Part shown: positions 8,262-13,160 of the stretch, in pieces
Numbering within the stretch: position 1 is the first letter of the stretch
Layout: each line of letters opens with the position of its first letter
Notes under the pieces: generated by a model
What the model was told of the DNA's origin: nothing
The model's input: only the letters and a program-made list of their open reading frames with translations
Database searches by the model: none
Program-made: the position numbers and the translations under genes
From: a virus
Taxonomy: Duplodnaviria; Heunggongvirae; Uroviricota; Caudoviricetes
IMG/VR virus record: IMGVR_UViG_2711768055_000004
Strand: one strand, 5' to 3'
Length of the DNA: 13,160 nt

Positions 8262-8345
8262 CGCATTACATTAGGCAATCCCTACCCTTACTGCATTAGG
8301 CACAGCCTATTGACAATTGCGTTAGGCGTCGCCTAATATTTCTGT
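8262..8345 (+). promoter_or_regulatory. OR-like operator/promoter region between racR and ydaS
   Basis: ATTAGGCA at 8270..8277 and 8295..8302; -35 TTGACA at 8310..8315; 15-bp palindrome TTAGGCG-t-CGCCTAA at 8322..8336 overlapping a -10 TAATAT at 8334..8339; GGAG then ydaS ATG at 8366. Confidence 0.6.
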
Positions 8346-8365
8346 GTGTTTTTGGAGTTCATTCG

Positions 8366-8662
8366 ATGAAAAAAGAGAACTATTCATTCAAGCAAGCTTG
8401 TGCTGTTGTCGGTGGGCAATCAGCAATGGCTAGGCTTTTAGGTGTATCACCTCCAAGCGTAAATCAATGGATCAAAGGGGTACGTCAATTGCCTGCCGAG
8501 AGATGTCCAGCAATTGAACGTGCAACAAGAGGTGAGGTTCTGTGCGAAGAACTTCGTCCTGATATTGACTGGTCATATTTACGACGTTCGGCATGTTGTT
8601 CGCAGAATATGTCAGTGAAGCAACTAAATGACAGTAACAAATCCTCATTTGATCATACCTGA
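8366..8662 (+). CDS. ydaS: YdaS, Cro-like HTH protein, 98 aa
   Basis: Track ORF; GGAG upstream of ATG 8366; HTH-like segment QSAMARLLGVSPPSVNQWIKG. It is the first gene of the rightward operon opposite racR. Confidence 0.9.
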   Translation: MKKENYSFKQACAVVGGQSAMARLLGVSPPSVNQWIKGVRQLPAERCPAIERATRGEVLCEELRPDIDWSYLRRSACCSQNMSVKQLNDSNKSSFDHT

Positions 8663-8684
8663 AACATCAAGAGGCAAATGATTC

Positions 8685-9107
8685 ATGAAAATCAAGCATG
8701 AGCACATCGAATCAGTGTTGTTTGCCCTAGCAGCCGAAAAAGGGCAGGCATGGGTAGCCAATGCAATTACTGAAGAATATCTGCGCCAGGGGGGCGGCGA
8801 ATTGCCCCTGGTTCCAGGCAAGGACTGGAACAATCAGCAGAATATCTATCACCGTTGGTTGAAAGGTGAAACGAAAACGCAAAGAGAAAAAATTCAGAAG
8901 CTGATCCCAGCAATTCTGGCAATCCTTCCGCGCGAGCTGCGTCACCGACTCTGCATCTTCGATACCCTGGAACGCCGTGCATTACTGGCGGCGCAGGAAG
9001 CGTTAAGTACGGCAATTGATGCGCATGATGATGCAGTCCAAGCCGTTTACCGGAAAGCGCATTTCAGCGGCGGCGGTTCTTCCGACGATTCTGTCATTGT
9101 TCATTAA
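8685..9107 (+). CDS. ydaT: YdaT, 140 aa (reported toxic, cII-position protein)
   Basis: Track ORF immediately downstream of ydaS; MKIKHEHIESVLFALAAEKGQAW... matches recalled K-12 YdaT. Confidence 0.88.
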   Translation: MKIKHEHIESVLFALAAEKGQAWVANAITEEYLRQGGGELPLVPGKDWNNQQNIYHRWLKGETKTQREKIQKLIPAILAILPRELRHRLCIFDTLERRALLAAQEALSTAIDAHDDAVQAVYRKAHFSGGGSSDDSVIVH

Positions 9108-9119
9108 GCAAAAGTTTCC

Positions 9120-9977
9120 ATGCTGTTTGTGCTTATTCTAAGCCACCGGGCAGCATCATACGGGGCAATTATGGCCGCATTACCATACATGCAACTGTAC
9201 ATAGCTGATTACCTGGCTGACACCATGCATTTGTCAGCAGAGGAGCATGGTGCGTATTTGTTGCTGATGTTCAATTACTGGCAAACAGGAAAGCCAATAC
9301 CTAAAAACAGGCTGGCAAAAATTGCCCGTCTGACTAACGAGCGATGGGCTGATGTTGAACCATCCTTGCAGGAGTTTTTTTGCGATAACGGCGAGGAATG
9401 GGTGCATCTTCGGATTGAGGAAGATCTGGCATCAGTCAGGGAAAAATTAACCAAAAAATCAGCCGCAGGAAAAGCATCTGTTCAGGCCAGAAGAAGCAGA
9501 AAGGAAGCAGATGTTCAAACAAAACAAGAGAGAAATTTAACAGGTGTTCAAACAGATGTTGAAGTGGTGTTTGAACATGATGTCAACACAAAGGCAACTA
9601 ATAAAGATACAGATAAAGATCTAAAAACAGATCCCCCCCTAAATCCCCCCCGGGGGAATCGAGGTGTCAAAAAGTTTGACCCTCTGGATATTACTTTGCC
9701 GAACTGGATTTCTGTCTCGCTTTGGCGTGAGTGGGTTGAATTTCGCCAGGCATTGCGAAAACCGATTCGAACGGAGCAGGGCGCTAACGGGGCGATACGG
9801 GAGCTGGAAAAATTCCGCCAGCAGGGTTTTTCACCTGAGCAGGTGATTCGACACAGCATCGCCAATGAATACCAGGGCTTGTTCGCGCCGAAAGGTGTTC
9901 GACCTGAGACGTTACTCCGACAGGTTAACACCGTCTCGTTACCGGATAGTGCGATCCCGCCAGGCTTCAGGGGGTAA
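9120..9977 (+). CDS. ydaU: YdaU, DUF1376-family protein in the replication-gene (O-like) position, 285 aa
   Basis: Track ORF; the ATG at 9120 lacks a clear ribosome-binding site and an alternative ATG at about 9171 (MAALPYMQLYIADYL...) follows a GGGG motif, so the true start is uncertain. A Pro-rich linker separates two halves. Confidence 0.8.
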   Translation: MLFVLILSHRAASYGAIMAALPYMQLYIADYLADTMHLSAEEHGAYLLLMFNYWQTGKPIPKNRLAKIARLTNERWADVEPSLQEFFCDNGEEWVHLRIEEDLASVREKLTKKSAAGKASVQARRSRKEADVQTKQERNLTGVQTDVEVVFEHDVNTKATNKDTDKDLKTDPPLNPPRGNRGVKKFDPLDITLPNWISVSLWREWVEFRQALRKPIRTEQGANGAIRELEKFRQQGFSPEQVIRHSIANEYQGLFAPKGVRPETLLRQVNTVSLPDSAIPPGFRG

Positions 9978-9983
9978 CTGACC

Positions 9984-10730
9984 ATGAAAAATATTGCGAC
10001 AGGCGATGTTCTTGAACGTATCCGCAGACTGGCCCCGTCACATGTAACCGCGCCATTCAAGACGGTAGCGGAGTGGCGCGAGTGGCAACTTTCCGAAGGC
10101 CAGAAACGTTGTGAGGAGATCAACCGTCAGAATCGTCAGTTGCGGGTGGAAAAAATTCTGAATCGCTCTGGCATCCAGCCATTGCACCGCAAATGCTCGT
10201 TTTCGAATTACCAGGTGCAGAACGAAGGGCAGCGATACGCGTTGAGTCAGGCGAAATCCATCGCTGATGAACTGATGACCGGGTGTACAAATTTTGCGTT
10301 CAGCGGAAAACCTGGTACCGGGAAGAACCACTTAGCGGCAGCTATCGGGAATCGCCTGCTGAAAGACGGTCAGACAGTGATTGTGGTTACCGTGGCTGAT
10401 GTTATGAGTGCCCTGCACGCCAGCTATGACGATGGGCAGTCAGGCGAAAAATTTTTGCGGGAACTGTGCGAAGTGGATCTGCTGGTTCTTGATGAAATTG
10501 GCATTCAGCGCGAGACGAAAAACGAGCAGGTGGTACTGCACCAGATTGTTGATCGCCGGACAGCGTCGATGCGCAGCGTGGGGATGCTGACAAACCTGAA
10601 CTATGAGGCCATGAAAACATTGCTCGGCGAGCGGATTATGGATCGCATGACCATGAACGGCGGGCGATGGGTGAATTTTAACTGGGAGAGCTGGCGTCCG
10701 AATGTCGTCCAGCCAGGAATTGCGAAGTAA
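9984..10730 (+). CDS. ydaV: YdaV, DnaC/IstB-like AAA+ helicase-loader ATPase, 248 aa
   Basis: Track ORF; Walker [17 protein letters not shown] and Walker B LLVLDEIG are present. Confidence 0.9.
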
Positions 10731-10752
10731 TTTTTACCGGGAGAAAAATTTA

Positions 10753-11313
10753 ATGGAGACTGTTTTTGACGCACTGAAAGCAATGGGAAAAGCCACATCC
10801 ATAGAACTTGCTGCGCGACTTGATATCAGTCGTGAAGAAGTGCTGAACGAACTATGGGAACTGAAAAAGGCTGGTTTTGTTGATAAAAGCGCGTACACCT
10901 GGCGTGTGGCTGATAACAATGTTCAGCAGGAACAGCCAGCGCAGGCAGAACTGCCGGAAGAAATCACCACAGCAACAGTAGCGAAAATCTCAGAGTGCGA
11001 TTTAACCGCGACGATTGAACAACGAGGACCACAAACGGCTGATGAGCTGGCTACATTGTTTGGTACCACATCACGCAAAGTGGCTTCAACGCTGGCAATG
11101 GCAATCAGCAAAGGTCGTCTGATTCGCGTAAATCAGGGCGGTAAATTTCGTTACTGCATACCGGGCGATAATTTACCAGCAGAGCCGAAAGCAGCATCGG
11201 TATCTCCGCTCTGGTTATCTGCATCGTCGTCTGCCTGTCATGGGGTGTTAATCATTACCGTGATAACGCCATCGCCTACAAAGAACAGCGCGACAAAAAT
11301 GCCAGAGAACTGA
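10753..11313 (+). CDS. ydaW: YdaW, putative winged-helix protein; C-terminus runs into the Rz remnant (probably disrupted)
   Basis: Track ORF 10702..11313 overlaps ydaV by 29 nt and has no ribosome-binding site; the ATG at 10753 ([13 protein letters not shown]...) follows GGGAGA. The last ~45 codons read out of frame over spanin-homologous DNA. Confidence 0.65.
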
Positions 11314-11339
11314 AGCTGGCGAACGCGGCAATTACTGAG

Positions 11340-11642
11340 ATGCAGATGCGTCAGCGTGATGTTGCTGCGCTCGATGCAAAATACACGAAGGAGTTAGCTG
11401 ATGCGAAAGCTGAAAATGATGCTCTGCGTGATGATGTTGCCGCTGGTCGTCGTCGGTTGCACATCAAAGCAGTCTGTCAGTCAGTGCGTGAAGCCACCAC
11501 GGCCTCCGGCGTGGATAATGCAGCCTCCCCCCGACTGGCAGACACCGCTGAACGGGATTATTTCACCCTCAGAGAGAGGCTGATCACTATGCAAAAACAA
11601 CTGGAAGGAACCCAGAAGTATATTAATGAGCAGTGCAGATAG
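11340..11642 (+). pseudogene. rzpR: Rz (i-spanin) remnant, N-terminally truncated
   Basis: The ORF encodes the C-terminal ~100 aa of lambda-type Rz (…[45 protein letters not shown]…YINEQCR). Rz homology continues upstream in the same frame to about 11175 ([21 protein letters not shown]) but with no start codon and fused to ydaW. Confidence 0.8.
11401..11583 (+). CDS. rzoR: Rz1-type o-spanin lipoprotein, 60 aa, embedded in the +1 frame of Rz
   Basis: Track ORF; lipobox LVVVGC and Pro-rich mature region ([18 protein letters not shown]), fully nested within the Rz frame as in lambda. Confidence 0.8.
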   Translation: MRKLKMMLCVMMLPLVVVGCTSKQSVSQCVKPPRPPAWIMQPPPDWQTPLNGIISPSERG

Positions 11643-11673
11643 AGCTGACCATATCGATGGGCAACTCATGCAA

Positions 11674-11967
11674 TTATTTTGAGCAATACACACGCGCTTC
11701 CAGCGGAGTATAAATGCCTAAAGTAATAAAACCGAGCAATCCATTTACGAATGTTTGCTGGGTTTCTGTTTTAACAACATTTTCTGCGCCGCCACAAATT
11801 TTAGCTGCATCGACAGTTTTCTTCTGCCCAATTCCAGAAACGAAGAAATGATGGGTGATGGTTTCCTTTGGTGCTACTGCTGTCTGTTTGTTTTGAACAG
11901 TAAATGTCTGTTGAGCACATCCTGTAATAAGCAGGGCCAGCGCAGTAGCGAGTAGCATTTTTTTCAT
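11674..11967 (-). CDS. bor: Bor-family outer-membrane lipoprotein (serum resistance), 97 aa
   Basis: Track ORF; MKKMLLATALALLITGCAQQTFTVQNK... with lipobox LITGC, near-identical to my recollection of lambda Bor. Confidence 0.9.
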   Translation of the reverse strand: MKKMLLATALALLITGCAQQTFTVQNKQTAVAPKETITHHFFVSGIGQKKTVDAAKICGGAENVVKTETQQTFVNGLLGFITLGIYTPLEARVYCSK

Positions 11968-12257
11968 GGTGTTATTCCCGATGCTTTTTGAAGTTCGCAG
12001 AATCGTATGTGTAGAAAATTAAACAAACCCTAAACAATGAGTTGAAATTTCATATTGTTAATATTTATTAATGTATGCCAGGTGCGATGAATCGTCATTG
12101 TATTCCCGGATTAACTATGTCCACAGCCCTGACGGGGAACTTCTCTGCGGGAGTGTCCGGGAATAATTAAAAACGATGCACACAGGGTTTAGCGCGTACA
12201 TGTATTGTATTATGCCAACACCCCGGTGCTGACACGGAAGAAACCGGACGTTATGAT

Positions 12258-12668
12258 TTAGCGTGGAAAGATTTGTGTAGTGTTCTGAATGCTCTCAGTA
12301 AATAGTAATGAATTATCAAAGGTATAGTAATATCTTTTATGTTCGTGGATATTTGTAATCCATCGGAAAACTCCTGCTTTAGCAAGATTTTCCCTGTATT
12401 GCTGAAATGTGATTTCTCTTGATTTCAACCTATCATAGGACGTTTCTATAAGATGCGTATTTCTTGAGAATTTAACATTTACAACCTTTTTAAGTCCTTT
12501 TATTAACACGGTGTTATCGTTTTCTAACACAATGTGAATATTATCTGTGGCTAGATAGTAAATATAATGTGAGACATTGTGACGTTTTAGTTCAGAATAA
12601 AACAATTCACAGTTTAAATCTTTTCGCACTTGATCGAATATTTCTTTAAAAATGGCAACCTGAGCCAT
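12258..12668 (-). CDS. ybcV: YbcV/YdfO-family (DUF1398) prophage protein, ~136 aa
   Basis: Track ORF 12258..12791 begins at a TTG; I place the start at the ATG at about 12668 ([18 protein letters not shown]...) with GGAAGG upstream. An alternative ATG at about 12710 would give 150 aa. Resembles DLP12 YbcV. Confidence 0.75.
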   Translation of the reverse strand: MAQVAIFKEIFDQVRKDLNCELFYSELKRHNVSHYIYYLATDNIHIVLENDNTVLIKGLKKVVNVKFSRNTHLIETSYDRLKSREITFQQYRENLAKAGVFRWITNIHEHKRYYYTFDNSLLFTESIQNTTQIFPR

Positions 12669-12953
12669 TGGTAAAACCTTCCATGTGATACGAGGGCGCG
12701 TAGTTTGCATTATCGTTTTTATCGCTTCAATCTGGTCTGACCTCTTTGTGTTTTGTTGATGATTTATGTCAAATATTAGGAATGTTTTCAATTAATAGTA
12801 TTGGTTGCGTAACAAAGTGCGGTCCTGCTGGCATTCTGGAGGGAAATACAACCGACAGATGTATGTAAGGCCAACGTGCTCAAACCTTCATACAGAAAGA
12901 TTTGAAGTAATATTTTAACCGCTAGATGAAGAGCAAGCGCATGGAGCGACAAA

Positions 12954-13160
12954 ATGAATAAAGAACAATCTGCTGATGATCCCTCCGTGGATCTGATTCG
13001 TGTAAAAAATATGCTTAATAGCACCATTTCTATGAGTTACCCTGATGTTGTAATTGCATGTATAGAACATAAGGTGTCTCTGGAAGCATTCAGGGCAATT
13101 GAGGCAGCGTTGGTGAAGCACGATAATAATATGAAGGATTATTCCCTGGTGGTTGACTGA
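12954..13160 (+). CDS. ybcW: YbcW-like small prophage protein, 68 aa
   Basis: Track ORF, complete (stop TGA at window end); [40 protein letters not shown]... resembles DLP12 YbcW; divergent from ybcV as in DLP12. Confidence 0.8.

Noticed and set aside
9548-10123. 191-aa minus-strand ORF overlapping ydaU/ydaV
   Set aside because: Antisense to two well-supported genes, Ser/Arg-rich low-complexity translation; spurious. The same applies to the other antisense ORFs within ydaT, ydaV, ydaW and the Rz remnant (8645..9015, 9664..9846, 10038..11111, 11481..11693).
11755-11955. 66-aa plus-strand ORF inside bor
   Set aside because: Antisense to the well-supported bor lipoprotein gene.
12788-13121. 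Minus-strand ORFs of 79 and 68 aa overlapping the ybcV-ybcW intergenic region and ybcW
   Set aside because: Antisense to ybcW or in the divergent promoter region; hydrophobic low-complexity translations; spurious.
1-13160. Search for tRNA, rRNA, CRISPR arrays, IS elements and att sites
   Set aside because: No cloverleaf-like tRNA candidates, no regularly spaced direct repeats, and no transposase ORFs or terminal inverted repeats were seen. The window starts at the intR stop codon, so attL and the host junction lie outside it.

Overview
This window reads as the early (left) arm of a Rac-type lambdoid cryptic prophage of Escherichia coli, with nothing here that I can defend as an undescribed system. 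All calls rest on reading the six-frame track and the raw sequence against remembered E. coli K-12 Rac/DLP12/lambda proteins; no database search or folding was run. Gene order on the minus strand, right to left, is ydaG-ydaF, then (past the plus-strand sieB) kilR-ydaE-racC-recE-recT-ralR-ydaC-xisR-intR. The plus strand carries sieB, then the immunity and replication block racR(-)/ydaS-ydaT-ydaU-ydaV-ydaW, then an Rz/Rz1 spanin remnant (rzpR/rzoR) fused to the end of ydaW, then bor(-), a ybcV-like gene(-) and a ybcW-like gene(+). Three small genes absent from the ORF track (below its ~60-aa cutoff) were recovered by hand: ydaE, ydaF and ydaG. I found no rRNA, tRNA, CRISPR array or IS element. 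The most interesting sequence-level observation is a pair of mirror-image operator/promoter modules flanking racR, built from repeated ATTAGGC half-sites around TTGACA boxes, which looks like an OL/OR arrangement. Other observations are a strong intrinsic-terminator-like hairpin between sieB and kilR on the minus strand, a deletion scar that removed the lysis genes, and gene content to the right of rzoR that differs from K-12 Rac as I remember it (Bor/YbcV/YbcW instead of trkG). Hand-derived coordinates may be off by a base or two.
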